Source of the DNA: a virus | Virus record (IMG/VR): IMGVR_UViG_3300032050_000024 | Location: 66,640 to 130,639 of that record | Reading direction: 5' to 3' (one strand) | DNA length: 64,000 bases | Part shown: in pieces, positions 1 to 10,857 of the stretch | How positions within the stretch are numbered: the first letter of the stretch is position 1 | How the letters are laid out: every line of letters starts with the position of its first letter | Program-made: the position numbers and the translations under genes | Notes under the pieces: model-generated | The model's database searches: none | Told to the model about the DNA's origin: nothing | The model's input: the letters and a program-made list of their open reading frames with translations, nothing else

Positions 1-411
1 AGTAGATAATGTTGTATTCCCGGTGCCGTTTAATCCAGATACATCTCCTATTATATTAATAGTCCCATTCAATATATTATTTATACATCGTTCTTCATTA
101 CCACTATTTTGATTTAAAGCAGATGTTATTGTAATACTTTCAGTGTTATAATTTAATATAAGAATATTTGATGCAACTGTATTTCTAATTAAACTAGCTG
201 ATATATTATAATTTCCATATATTTCAATTCTACCTCCTGCTGCTGCACTTCCGGTTGCTGCTGTTCGTATACTAGTAACTGTAATGTTTTGATCTAACGT
301 TACCGTTTGGTTATTTAAAAACACATCATCAGATGCAGTAGGAATAAGTGACCCAGACCATATTGCTGCGTTACTCCAATTACCTGATGCGATGGGCCAT
401 CTATTTGGCAT
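1..411 (-). CDS. Tail fibre/adhesin paralog 1 (5' part only; runs off the window edge)
   Basis: Not in the ORF track. Manual translation from ATG at 411 gives MPNRWPIASGNWSNAAIWSGSLIPTASDDVFLNNQTVTLDQN, the same N-terminus as the three neighbouring genes. Confidence 0.8.
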   Translation of the reverse strand, partial: MPNRWPIASGNWSNAAIWSGSLIPTASDDVFLNNQTVTLDQNITVTSIRTAATGSAAAGGRIEIYGNYNISASLIRNTVASNILILNYNTESITITSALNQNSGNEERCINNILNGTINIIGDVSGLNGTGNTTLST

Positions 412-412
412 A

Positions 413-1726
413 TTATTTTCCTTTAAAGGCAGCAATAGTTGCTGCTGTAGTTTGTACTGTTGCTATATTTTGTAAACGAGCTCCAATTGTATTGGAACCT
501 GTTAAACTTGATACTGCATACGTTAAAATATCTTGTGGGGTCAATGTAGCAGAACCTGTTGTTTGATCTACTGGCACTCCATACCGTACAGAACTAGTTG
601 AAGGTACTATCATTGAGCCAGAAAATTGATTCATTGCGCCGTATAAACTTCCACTTCTTACATTAGATGCGTCAGGTAATGTTACGGGATATGTTTGATC
701 ATACAATGTTATTGTTTTTGAAATATCATTTGATTCAAATGTATAATATGGTGTTGATCCTGATAGGATTTGTATTCTTGGAGAATATACTGCATTGGTT
801 CCGTTTGCACTACAAATTAATGGTCCCGAAACTCGCACAGTTGCGGTTGTAGAAGTAGATGATACACCTGGATATCCGTTTGATGCATATACAGGACCGA
901 TTACATTGATTGTTGATGCTACTGCAGATGAAATACCTACTGCGGTATATCCAGCAAAAACACTACCGGTTATGTTGATTGTTGCAGCTGATAACATGGT
1001 AATTGCAGCATTGTTATAACCTCGTAAGTTCCCATTGAAGTTTAATACTCCAGTATTTCCGTTAATGTTAACAGCCATGTTGTTAGTGCTAGTTCCGAGT
1101 ATAATTAGATTTCCAGTTACATTAACTTGTGCAATTCCCGTTAACATTGTGATTGGAACACCATTTGTAAATGTATATAAATCTCCAACTATACTTGCAG
1201 TGCCGGCAAAAATTGCAACACATGTTCCATTTGTATTTCCTATATCTCCATTTGTTCTTAAATTTCCAAGTATGAATGCACTACCCGAAGTGACTAATAT
1301 GCCATAATTTCCCGTAGATCCACCGGGTGCGACGCCGGAAGAAACGCTTCCTGTAACATATATGGTTCCTCCATTAGTAATACGAACACCATATCCATTA
1401 GTAACATCGCCGCCTTGTATACTAGAAGAAATATATACCGTATGTGAACCGGTTATAATTAAAGCAGCAGTTGCATTAGCTGATACAATTCCTGCAGTTG
1501 CTCTAGATGCAGTAATGTATATACCATTTGTTGAAATATAATTTCCTCCTGCTACTGCACTACCTGATGCTCTATTACTAATACTAGAAACATTGATATT
1601 CTGATCTATAGTAACATTGAATCCATTAGCAAATACATCATCAGATGCGGTCGGAAATGTTGTTCCTCCATTCCATGTAGCTAAGCTACTCCAATTCCCT
1701 GATGCTACTGCGTATCTTACTGGCAT
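413..1726 (-). CDS. Tail fibre/adhesin paralog 2 (G/S/T/N-rich, probable beta-helix)
   Basis: ORF 413..1771; start moved to ATG 1726 (MPVRYAVASGNWSS...PTASDDVFANG) by homology with neighbours; repeated ITGSV/IVGDL turns. Confidence 0.7.
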   Translation of the reverse strand: MPVRYAVASGNWSSLATWNGGTTFPTASDDVFANGFNVTIDQNINVSSISNRASGSAVAGGNYISTNGIYITASRATAGIVSANATAALIITGSHTVYISSSIQGGDVTNGYGVRITNGGTIYVTGSVSSGVAPGGSTGNYGILVTSGSAFILGNLRTNGDIGNTNGTCVAIFAGTASIVGDLYTFTNGVPITMLTGIAQVNVTGNLIILGTSTNNMAVNINGNTGVLNFNGNLRGYNNAAITMLSAATINITGSVFAGYTAVGISSAVASTINVIGPVYASNGYPGVSSTSTTATVRVSGPLICSANGTNAVYSPRIQILSGSTPYYTFESNDISKTITLYDQTYPVTLPDASNVRSGSLYGAMNQFSGSMIVPSTSSVRYGVPVDQTTGSATLTPQDILTYAVSSLTGSNTIGARLQNIATVQTTAATIAAFKGK

Positions 1727-1727
1727 A

Positions 1728-3095
1728 TTATAATTTTCCTTTTTCGGCAATTGCAACGGCTGTAGTTGCAACTGTTGATATGTTACGTAAACGTGCTCCT
1801 AAACTTCCCGTTACGGTTAAACTACTTGTTAATGCACTCCATGCATTTTGTGTGTTAAATGAAGCAGAACCTGTTGTATTGTCTACAGGTACTCCTTTAA
1901 GTACAGAACCGGTAGAAGGTATTGCTACTGTTCCTGTGAATTGGTTTGTATCTCCAAATACCACACCTGATCTTACATTGGTTATAGCAGGGAAATTACC
2001 TGGCCAATTTTGTGTATATAGTGTTCTTTGTTCTGCATATGTTTCTGTGTCAAAAGTCCATGTTGTAGTTGACCCGGATATGAGTTGTAGGTTTTGTGCA
2101 AATACTGCGTTACGATTATTGACGTTTAAGAATGGTCCTGTTGCTGAAAGAAAATGTGTAGTTGATGTAAATTGCACTCCCGGAAATACAGCAGAAGCAG
2201 ATATAGGTCCTCTGATACTGGATGTACCTGCTGAAGTTGATGATATAGCACTTGCACCAGCAGCTGCAAATACACTTCCGGATATATTAACACTGCATGG
2301 ATTTACGGTTAAGGATAATGCATTTGCTGTAGATAAAGCATATACACTTCCTGTTATTGTTATTGTAGAAGTAGCAGTATTTGTTATCGCAGCATTACTA
2401 CTTTTAGCAAAAACATTGCCTTTTACATCTAAGTTTACAACTGCTGGGGAAGAAATTGTTATCCCTACACCATTAGAAGCTGCTTCGCCTGTAACATCAC
2501 CTACGATATTAATATTTTTATTTGTATTAACAGCCATTGCCTGACTAGGTGCACCTCCGGTATTTCTTAAAAAATTACCTCTGACGCTACCTGATATGTT
2601 TAAAGTGCCTCCGCTAATTGTACGAACAATTACCCCGGAATAAACAAATCCTGAAATGCTTCCTGTTATATTAATAATTCCATTATTTTCTATTGATACT
2701 GGGTAACTTACAAGAAATGGGGCAACTTCTAGATTTCCCACGATGTCAGATACTATATTTACAGTATCACTTCCAGTTACAATAAGTACGGATGATGTGG
2801 TTGAATATGTTACAAAACCTCCATATACAGTTGTTGGGCCTAAATTTCCAGCACCTCCAGTTAACGGGACAGTGCAAGTAATTGTTCTACTCCCAGTTGT
2901 AATAAAACTACCACCTGCTGCTATAACTGGGGATGTAACTGGATGGTTTCTTAAAGTCCGAGCTGTTATGTCTTGATCTATAAAAACATTAAATCCGTTT
3001 GCCCATACATCATCAGATGCAGTAGGAATTATCGAACCACTCCATATTGCGGAGTTACTCCAATTACCAGAAGATATGGGCCATCTATTTGCCAT
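1728..3095 (-). CDS. Tail fibre/adhesin paralog 3
   Basis: 455 aa; MANRWPISSGNWSNSAIW...PTASDDVWANG N-terminus and GVPVDNTTGSA...LGARLRNISTVATT C-terminus shared with paralogs. Confidence 0.7.
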   Translation of the reverse strand: MANRWPISSGNWSNSAIWSGSIIPTASDDVWANGFNVFIDQDITARTLRNHPVTSPVIAAGGSFITTGSRTITCTVPLTGGAGNLGPTTVYGGFVTYSTTSSVLIVTGSDTVNIVSDIVGNLEVAPFLVSYPVSIENNGIINITGSISGFVYSGVIVRTISGGTLNISGSVRGNFLRNTGGAPSQAMAVNTNKNINIVGDVTGEAASNGVGITISSPAVVNLDVKGNVFAKSSNAAITNTATSTITITGSVYALSTANALSLTVNPCSVNISGSVFAAAGASAISSTSAGTSSIRGPISASAVFPGVQFTSTTHFLSATGPFLNVNNRNAVFAQNLQLISGSTTTWTFDTETYAEQRTLYTQNWPGNFPAITNVRSGVVFGDTNQFTGTVAIPSTGSVLKGVPVDNTTGSASFNTQNAWSALTSSLTVTGSLGARLRNISTVATTAVAIAEKGKL

Positions 3096-3096
3096 A

Positions 3097-4287
3097 TTAC
3101 ACTTTAAATGATGATATGGTAGCTCCCGTTGTTTGTACAGTAGAAGCTCCGGTTAATAAATTTCCTATACTACCCGAGGTAGTTATGTTTTGTGTTGCAA
3201 CGTTAAACATATCTTGTGGGGTTAAAACGGCAGAACCTGTTGTATTGTCCGTTGCTACTCCTGCTTTTACTGTTGTTGGATCAGGCATTGCAAGTAAGCC
3301 AGTTAATCCAAAGTTATATGTTACACCTCGTCGTACATTGTTTTCGCGTGGTACTCCAGGTAATGTATTTGAAGTATATAATGTTTTTACGACACCTGCT
3401 GTTTCTGTATCGAAAGTCCATTGAGATGAAGTACTTAACATTTGTATACGATATGCATAAACTGCATTCCATGAACCTGTGTTATAAAATGGACCAGTAA
3501 ATAGGTTTGTTGCACTAGTACCTGTAGATTGGACTCCATTAGTTAATATACTCGATGAAATTGTACCTGATATAATTAATATACTATTAGAAGATAATCC
3601 TACGGCTGAGCCTGTTCGTGCAAGGCAAGTTCCTTGTATGCTTAATGTTCCTAAACTAGTTTTATTTATCCCAAAAGATGCTGCATTTCTAGACCCAGTT
3701 ACATTTCCAAGAACATATATATTATTAATAGAACCAATACTTTGTATTCCGTGACCCGATGTAACGGTAGTATCAGAATACACACTACCCGTTATATATA
3801 TATTTCCATTTTCAGTTTGGTTTATTCCAAATGATTGAGCACCTGTTGGTCCAGCTACATTTCCAGAAACAATTAAATTACCTGTTGATGAATGTTGAAT
3901 TCCATGGAATAAAGAACCATTACCTGCAGTAACATTTCCTATTATATTAATACTTGATGCATCAGATAATGTTAATGCTCTAGTTTGTCCTCCAGTAACG
4001 TTTCCTACGATTGTAGCTGAATTTGATTGGGAAATTTGTGTTGTTGGATTAGTTGCAGCACCACCGATTATATTAGCAGTAACCGTGATCCCATTATTCA
4101 AAATAAAAGTTCCAGCATTCACACCAACACCAGTACTTCTTAAACTAATTATTGTAACATTTTGATCTATTGTAACAGTTTGACCATTAGCATATACATC
4201 ATCAGATGCAGTAGGTAATCCCAAGCCACCATTCCATATTGCTGAGTTGCTCCAATTGCCTGATGCTATTGCTGTTCTGTTTGGCAT
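3097..4287 (-). CDS. Tail fibre/adhesin paralog 4
   Basis: 396 aa; same conserved N- and C-terminal blocks; repeated (I/V)xGNV motifs. Confidence 0.7.
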   Translation of the reverse strand: MPNRTAIASGNWSNSAIWNGGLGLPTASDDVYANGQTVTIDQNVTIISLRSTGVGVNAGTFILNNGITVTANIIGGAATNPTTQISQSNSATIVGNVTGGQTRALTLSDASSINIIGNVTAGNGSLFHGIQHSSTGNLIVSGNVAGPTGAQSFGINQTENGNIYITGSVYSDTTVTSGHGIQSIGSINNIYVLGNVTGSRNAASFGINKTSLGTLSIQGTCLARTGSAVGLSSNSILIISGTISSSILTNGVQSTGTSATNLFTGPFYNTGSWNAVYAYRIQMLSTSSQWTFDTETAGVVKTLYTSNTLPGVPRENNVRRGVTYNFGLTGLLAMPDPTTVKAGVATDNTTGSAVLTPQDMFNVATQNITTSGSIGNLLTGASTVQTTGATISSFKV

Positions 4288-4578
4288 TTACAATCCTTTT
4301 TCTATTATAAATTGTTGAATAGTTCCAAGTATTTGATATGCTGCGTTTTCAGCTGGTATATCTTCGGAGGCAAATACATCCAAATACACTACAGGACGAT
4401 CATGTCCTTGTAAAACATCTGGTTTTCCTCCCTCTAATTCTCGATACGGTGTTAATCGCATTGCAACACTTGCACCAACTTCCGTTTCCTTTACCAAAGG
4501 TGAAATTGATAGATTTACAGTGTAGTATGGGTATTCAACGCCATCTACTACAATTGGGTTAGCGGATTGAATTGGCAT
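4288..4578 (-). CDS. Hypothetical protein (possible fibre assembly protein)
   Basis: 96 aa; AAAGGAAAG ribosome site and ATATTTAT motif upstream; lies between fibre genes. Confidence 0.6.
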   Translation of the reverse strand: MPIQSANPIVVDGVEYPYYTVNLSISPLVKETEVGASVAMRLTPYRELEGGKPDVLQGHDRPVVYLDVFASEDIPAENAAYQILGTIQQFIIEKGL

Positions 4579-4590
4579 AACTTTCCTTTA

Positions 4591-7500
4591 TTATAAATAT
4601 GTATATGAGTATCTATTGGTCCAAGCAGCACTTGCCGTTACTTGTGTCGTTGTATCTCCTGATGCGGATATTGCTAATCGAGACAATGTCCATACTGTGG
4701 CAGATTCGGCAGAGCCTACCGGAGCATATCCCGTGTAAAGATAATTTACGTTTGGATCAAGTGATGATGTATAATCACTTCTGCGAATATATTCTGTTGC
4801 GCCTACACCTGTTAGGCCTGAACCATCTCCGACGAATGACCCGGTGAATGACCCTGTAACAGCTTCTGCTACAACACTTCCGGTGAATTCAGCTAAACCT
4901 ATATTTCGGAACGTTGATGAACCAGACACTGTTAATGAACCTGATATAGTTACTACACCATTACCTGCTACAAGCAAATTATGCAAATTAGCTGAATCTG
5001 CCCCATCGCCAATCACAAATGAACTTGATTGATGGACTGGAGCATTATATCGTCCTACTACGGATTGATAATAACCATGTGTGATTGTGCCTAGGCCTGC
5101 TGCGTGTGAACCATAACCCAATGTAATTGTTGATTCTCCTTCAGCATGTGATGAGTTACCAATTGTTTGATCTGCATAAGTTGGTTGTGATATTCCTTGT
5201 ATTCCTACCAAATTTGGAGCTTGTGGGTCATATGTAGTATCAACTAGTGTTACTTCCGTTTCGCCGTTTCCGTTAATGCTAACACTAGCAACTTCATGTA
5301 TTAGTACTGTGTATTGAGCAGCATCCTCAACGTAAATTACAGTACCCGGTGCAAACGTTGCAGATAAATCTCCATAATAACTTGCAAATGTTATGACTCC
5401 TGCAGCAATGTTAACTGTGCTATATGCATTATAACCACTCGTAGTACTGCCTCCTTCGGCGTGCGAATATTGACCAATTGATACAACACTAGCTCCTTCT
5501 GCGTGGGAAGCATATCCATATGCTGAACTTCCTTCTCCTTCGGCGTGTGAATAATCACCAAATGCCGTTGTAGCTCCTTCAGCGTGTGAATATGGACCAT
5601 ATGTAGTACTAACTCCTTCTGCGTGTGAAGCTTCACCAATTGCACTTGCTGCAGATCCTTCTGCGTGAGCATATGTTCCGCCCAATTGATCAGCTACGTT
5701 TCCACTTTTATCTGCAATACCTGCAGCTGCTATCGTTGTTGAAGTATCATTTAAAAGTTGGAACACTGTATTGGTACCATTAAACATGCTACCAGTAACA
5801 ATACCTTTTGTAATTCCATTACCAACAGCAGCAATATCTCCATACCATATTGTTGTACCATCGACATATGTTGCAGTTAAATCACCTAGTGTGGCATCAA
5901 TTTCTACAACGCCGGCGGTAATACTACATGAATATGCAGATATACCTGTTGTTGTTTGTGAGCCTTCTGCGTGTGAAGCTTCACCAATTGCAGTGGTAGC
6001 ATCTCCTTGAGCATGTGACCATTCTCCTTTTACTATTACGCCTTTTCCATTTGCTAATGCTTCTATAGTTTTATTAAAAAATAAACTAGCACTACCTCCA
6101 AATGAACCACTATCATTAAATTGTATATAGCTATTAGAACCGCCTGGAGTTGGAGCCGGTGCCCATGATGCTGATACCGCAAAAGAGGCAGAATCGGAAT
6201 ATGATGCTGACGTAGCAAATGATGAACTAATTGCGCGGGACGCACTAGTTGCAAATGAAGCTGATATAGCATTTGATGCTGTTGTGTAAAGTGTACCGGT
6301 ACCGCCAGCTACAGTATATGTTAACGGTTTTCCGGTATGAATAGCTATAGGTGCTGGGTTATTTAATGACGTCGATGTATTTGACTCCACCATTGTCAAT
6401 GCAAATGATCGCGTATCTAATCCGGATAATATTTGTATTGTAGATTTAGATGCTGTTGCAGCTTGTGATGCTGTAAGTGCAACACTTGCTGTTGTTTGTA
6501 ATACACCAGTATTTCCATTAAATACCAATTCATTGCGTACCGCTAATGGCGATGGATTACGTGGTGATGTAAATGCGGGTGGTGAAAAGCTAGAAGATAA
6601 TACTAATGCCAATGCATATGATTGTGTATCTCCTGCTCCAACTATATCTAATAGTGCAGCCGATGATGTTGCAGCAAATGATGAACTAACTGCTCGGGAT
6701 GCTGAGGTTGCAAATGATGCTGATACTGCATTCAATACATAGCTAGCAGTTTGAGCGGTAACTATGTAACTAGCAGTAGATGCAAAAGAAGCACTTGTAG
6801 CAGTAGAAGCATTTCCTGTTAAATCAGCGGTTAATGTTGATAAATTTTGCCATTTGCCAGAAGTATTATTGTATACTAATGGCTGTCCATTTAATGGTCC
6901 TGAAATAGATACATCTGATAAACCTGATAATGTTTGGGTTATTATGGAACCACCGCCGCCTGATCCTCCTACTTGTCTAAATAGTCCCCCAGGAACAATT
7001 GTAAAATCAGCAGGAGTAGTTAATACACCATTACCTCTAATTATTATTGCACCTAAATAAATAGCATTAGCCGATGTGTTTGGTGCTTCGACAAACGATT
7101 CAATGTTAATATTAGCAATAGCGTCTGCTTCTGTTGAATATGATTGATTACCGTAATAGACAACTATTGCTTTAATAACTGAGTTTGGAAACCAAAATAC
7201 TCGTTGAATTGACCAGTCATTAGGTTGTACTGTTGTAAGAGTACCGTTATTTGAATATTGCCCCGGGTTGATTGTGGCGAATCCTGCACCCCCATTTGTA
7301 TTGTATACCCAAGTAGAACCAGATTGATGATATCTGAAAATTTTGGATACGTTAGTTCCATTATCAACAGTATAGTAAGGTTCATTCGGGTCTATAGCAT
7401 AATTAGACCCGGGGGCATATGCTGTACCGCTAGCTACTATAAGACTACCAGTTGAAGAACCACTAGGTGCTAAAGTATATCCAGATAACTTTAAAGGTCC

Positions 7501-9111
7501 AAATGCTCTATTAAATACATTTTGCTGTTGTTCAAAACCATATGCTACAGAAGGTTGTGTTTTAACACCATTAATTGTGGATTGGTTTTGAAAAAATACT
7601 CCACCTATATTAATTATGCTATCAAATTGACCGTTGCTAAACGGAGTACCTTGAGCAAAAATGTTACCAGTTGTGTCAATACCAACAAAGGCTTGTTGAT
7701 ATGAAGCTGTCAATGGAGCAATACTTGCAGACAAATTCCCCCATTGTAAAAATTGTATTACCGGAAACGGATCATTTGCTAAAGACGCATTCAAATTTAC
7801 TATAATACCACTACCGCTTGAAATTCGATAAATGGTAGATGACGCCGTCGTAATTAAACCACCATGTAAAAGTCCGGTATATAAGTTACCTTCTAACCAA
7901 CGTAAGCGAGTTACGTTATTATATCCGGTGCTGTTTTGTGAAAAATATAAATCTTGGGTTGAACCAGAAACATAAATATAAGAAGCTGATACAGATGTAT
8001 CTATGTTAGTATTTACAGGGTCAAATCTATGATAACCACTTTGTCTAATATCACCGTATATTTGTATAGTTGGCGAAGGTGAACCTATAGGTGATGATCC
8101 TGAAATTGTTAGGCTTCCTGATAAGAGAGTATTACCTAGTAACGTGTTAGTACCAATTTGTGTAGTTGAACCTGATATGGTTAGCGACCCAGTTAACTGT
8201 ACGTCTTGTCGTAATGGTAAAACATATGATGCTGTTAATGCAGATGTTGCAAATGATGCTGAGACTGATTGCAAAACATAACTTGCTGTCTGCGCTGTCG
8301 TTATAAATGACGCAGTTTGCGAGAAACTAGATGATACTGCATTTAAAACATAGCTAGCTGTTTGAGCTGTTTGAACATATGAAGCAGTTACTGCATTTGT
8401 TGCCCAAGACGCAGTCCCAAATAAAGATCCAGTTATACCATTATTTACAGTTAACGCGGTATCAATAATAACGCCTGAGCTTGATATTATTAAAGTTGGA
8501 TTTCCGTAATTAGCATTTGTATAGATATACAGTGGTTTATCAATTTCTGTACCTATACTTGCTTCACCGGTATTATCTACAAAACCAGCTAGTACCGATT
8601 GATTCGGATTGTATGTATCATTATATATGCCAAACGCCCATGGTTCAGCGTTAGCGCCATGTACTTGTAATATAGTATTGATTCCCGATCCGGATATTAT
8701 TTGATTACCATAAAATGTATTAGATCCAGTTGTAGCTAATGAACCAGACTTTGAAACAAACACCGGATCATTTTCTAGATAATATGATGCAGTTCCAAAT
8801 AATGAGCCAGTAATACTTCCTTGTACGCGCAATGACCCGGTAATTTCAACATCACTTTGTCGAGATATAGGATTCGATCCTGTCCATTTAGATGAAACAA
8901 TTCCTGTTAATTGGGAACCATCGCCCTTGAATGACCCTGTAAATGACCCTGTGGTATATGATGCGGTAAATGCATTGAATGATGCAGTTGTTAACAAAGA
9001 ACCAGTGTCTAATCCCAACGTATACGATGCTGTAAGCGCGTAACTTGCTGATATTGGATACAGTGATCCTGTTTGTAATTGACCTGGTTTAAACTGTCTC
9101 ATTATTGCCAT
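4591..9111 (-). CDS. Long tail fibre protein with TAS(Y/F)A repeats and YadA-head-like SHAEG repeats
   Basis: 1506 aa; many TASY/SASFA repeats and about ten (S/A)HA(E/Q/A)G repeats; adjacent to neck genes. Confidence 0.75.
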   Translation of the reverse strand: MAIMRQFKPGQLQTGSLYPISASYALTASYTLGLDTGSLLTTASFNAFTASYTTGSFTGSFKGDGSQLTGIVSSKWTGSNPISRQSDVEITGSLRVQGSITGSLFGTASYYLENDPVFVSKSGSLATTGSNTFYGNQIISGSGINTILQVHGANAEPWAFGIYNDTYNPNQSVLAGFVDNTGEASIGTEIDKPLYIYTNANYGNPTLIISSSGVIIDTALTVNNGITGSLFGTASWATNAVTASYVQTAQTASYVLNAVSSSFSQTASFITTAQTASYVLQSVSASFATSALTASYVLPLRQDVQLTGSLTISGSTTQIGTNTLLGNTLLSGSLTISGSSPIGSPSPTIQIYGDIRQSGYHRFDPVNTNIDTSVSASYIYVSGSTQDLYFSQNSTGYNNVTRLRWLEGNLYTGLLHGGLITTASSTIYRISSGSGIIVNLNASLANDPFPVIQFLQWGNLSASIAPLTASYQQAFVGIDTTGNIFAQGTPFSNGQFDSIINIGGVFFQNQSTINGVKTQPSVAYGFEQQQNVFNRAFGPLKLSGYTLAPSGSSTGSLIVASGTAYAPGSNYAIDPNEPYYTVDNGTNVSKIFRYHQSGSTWVYNTNGGAGFATINPGQYSNNGTLTTVQPNDWSIQRVFWFPNSVIKAIVVYYGNQSYSTEADAIANINIESFVEAPNTSANAIYLGAIIIRGNGVLTTPADFTIVPGGLFRQVGGSGGGGSIITQTLSGLSDVSISGPLNGQPLVYNNTSGKWQNLSTLTADLTGNASTATSASFASTASYIVTAQTASYVLNAVSASFATSASRAVSSSFAATSSAALLDIVGAGDTQSYALALVLSSSFSPPAFTSPRNPSPLAVRNELVFNGNTGVLQTTASVALTASQAATASKSTIQILSGLDTRSFALTMVESNTSTSLNNPAPIAIHTGKPLTYTVAGGTGTLYTTASNAISASFATSASRAISSSFATSASYSDSASFAVSASWAPAPTPGGSNSYIQFNDSGSFGGSASLFFNKTIEALANGKGVIVKGEWSHAQGDATTAIGEASHAEGSQTTTGISAYSCSITAGVVEIDATLGDLTATYVDGTTIWYGDIAAVGNGITKGIVTGSMFNGTNTVFQLLNDTSTTIAAAGIADKSGNVADQLGGTYAHAEGSAASAIGEASHAEGVSTTYGPYSHAEGATTAFGDYSHAEGEGSSAYGYASHAEGASVVSIGQYSHAEGGSTTSGYNAYSTVNIAAGVITFASYYGDLSATFAPGTVIYVEDAAQYTVLIHEVASVSINGNGETEVTLVDTTYDPQAPNLVGIQGISQPTYADQTIGNSSHAEGESTITLGYGSHAAGLGTITHGYYQSVVGRYNAPVHQSSSFVIGDGADSANLHNLLVAGNGVVTISGSLTVSGSSTFRNIGLAEFTGSVVAEAVTGSFTGSFVGDGSGLTGVGATEYIRRSDYTSSLDPNVNYLYTGYAPVGSAESATVWTLSRLAISASGDTTTQVTASAAWTNRYSYTYL

Positions 9112-10328
9112 CTCCCTTTAATAATTACCGTGTCAGTAGGATCTATACCATATCCTAACAAGGCAGTATTAAACGTGATTGTTTGTGTTGTAACATCACT
9201 AGGAGTCCATGTATATATAGCTTTATCTATGTATTGCCCATTAATGTAAATATCAAATTCATTTTTCGTAGCTACTGTTAAATTATTTGGATTAATTGCG
9301 GCAAATGCATTTACCGTTACCGTTGTTGAAGATGAGTATACAGCTTGTTTTTCTGTTAAATTTATCAAATACGTCATTGTAGCAGCATTGATAGTTGTTG
9401 ATGTTCCGCCTCCGGAAACAACTATAGAACCTCCAGAAATTACTTGACCGCTTTGTTGTAAAACTGCTTGTGGTATTTGTGTTGTAGAAAATATGTTTAA
9501 ATTTCCTACATCTACTATAGTGTCAAATACTATTTTTTTGACAGAATACATTTTTTTAATTGTTTCTAATCTAACTTCCTGGCCAGATAATAAAGTTGCT
9601 TGTGTTGTAATAGGAATTGTTGATCGAACTAGACGATCTTCTCCTACTGTATTAACGGTCTCAAAACTTACAGATCCCAAAGAACATGCAAATTTATTTC
9701 CTTCATTTCCCCAAGCAAAACGATTATATGGTAAAATTTGGTCAATTAAATCATTTAATTGCGTAGTAAAATCACACCATATCATCATATCATATTCAAT
9801 TGTAACATATTTAGGAATATCAATTACATAAAGTTCTTGAGATAATGCTGGTTGCGTATTTGGTATAGGAAAAAGTTCGTCTTCATAACGATTACGAGCA
9901 TTATATCGGCGTCTATAAACTAATTGATTTTCAGATTGTGGCCAGTTAACATCTAATGTACGATACGAGTCTCGTTCTTGTACGCTGTTTCGTTTTAGCA
10001 TAATCATGGGAGATTGAAGTTTTCCTTTTTCATCTCGCATATAACCTAAACGTTGTACATTATCCCATTTTTCACCGGCGGCAAATATTACAGGAACTGT
10101 TATAATTTCTTGATTTGCTGTTATTTGTGGTTGTATTTCATTTTCAATAAACCATTTAATTGCAAAATCTATATCATATAATGTTCGTTGCGGAGTTTTT
10201 AATACATCATCATCTCGGCGCGTTTGCATTCCTCGATCTAATAAACGATCACCATGTAAACTTTCAACCCGATTTGGTTCAGGCTTATTTGTTCGTCTAT
10301 CAATATTTTGTCTATTTAATCTAGGCAT
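9102..10328 (-). CDS. Tail completion/sheath terminator (T4 gp15-like) with C-terminal extension
   Basis: YDIDFAI...VPVIFAAGEKW...P.IMLKR...YDMMIW...LIDQILPY pattern; follows gp13- and gp14-like genes. Confidence 0.6.
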   Translation of the reverse strand: MPRLNRQNIDRRTNKPEPNRVESLHGDRLLDRGMQTRRDDDVLKTPQRTLYDIDFAIKWFIENEIQPQITANQEIITVPVIFAAGEKWDNVQRLGYMRDEKGKLQSPMIMLKRNSVQERDSYRTLDVNWPQSENQLVYRRRYNARNRYEDELFPIPNTQPALSQELYVIDIPKYVTIEYDMMIWCDFTTQLNDLIDQILPYNRFAWGNEGNKFACSLGSVSFETVNTVGEDRLVRSTIPITTQATLLSGQEVRLETIKKMYSVKKIVFDTIVDVGNLNIFSTTQIPQAVLQQSGQVISGGSIVVSGGGTSTTINAATMTYLINLTEKQAVYSSSTTVTVNAFAAINPNNLTVATKNEFDIYINGQYIDKAIYTWTPSDVTTQTITFNTALLGYGIDPTDTVIIKGRWQ

Positions 10329-10336
10329 CAACGTCC

Positions 10337-10846
10337 TTACATTGGTATTTTATTATCACCACCACGTCTAATATCTTTAATTCCTTGTGGCGTTTGTGCT
10401 GTTACATGTGCATCACATACTATAGAAACACTATATCCATGGCTGTCTCCGTTTGGCCATGTGTCTGGATTTTTACCTGCGAAATATTGATTTGCATCTA
10501 CATTATCAATTTCAAAGTATTCATTATCCCAAAGTATAATATCACCAGCTTGTGGGTATAAATCTGCTCGTTCTAACAAATCACGTGATAATGCAAATTT
10601 AGCAGTACGATTATATGAATGTCCATAATCATCCATTACACTAGATTTTTCATCTTTTGTTATAACACATGGCAAAAGTATAGAATCATAATATGTTTTT
10701 CTTTCTGCTTCGCCATAAATGTTTGAATGACTTAACTCAACATTTAATTTGAAAAATTCAATTTCGGTATCGATAATTGCATTGATAAGTTCGGCATTAA
10801 TAGAAGCTAAAAATTTAGCATCTCGCATTCCTCCAAAAAGTGCCAT
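10337..10846 (-). CDS. Head closure/neck protein (T4 gp14-like)
   Basis: NIYGE...YPQAGDIILWDNEYFEIDNV motif; synteny; strong AAGGAGG SD. Confidence 0.6.
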   Translation of the reverse strand: MALFGGMRDAKFLASINAELINAIIDTEIEFFKLNVELSHSNIYGEAERKTYYDSILLPCVITKDEKSSVMDDYGHSYNRTAKFALSRDLLERADLYPQAGDIILWDNEYFEIDNVDANQYFAGKNPDTWPNGDSHGYSVSIVCDAHVTAQTPQGIKDIRRGGDNKIPM

Positions 10847-10857
10847 GATTGTCCTCC

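Noticed and set aside
1702-2544. 280-aa plus-strand ORF and other plus-strand ORFs across 0.3-52 kb
   Set aside because: They are antisense shadows of well-supported minus-strand genes, with no ribosome sites or recognisable motifs.
1-4287. Diversity-generating retroelement acting on the fibre or cassette paralogs
   Set aside because: No reverse transcriptase is in the window, and I saw no template/variable repeat pair differing only at adenines.
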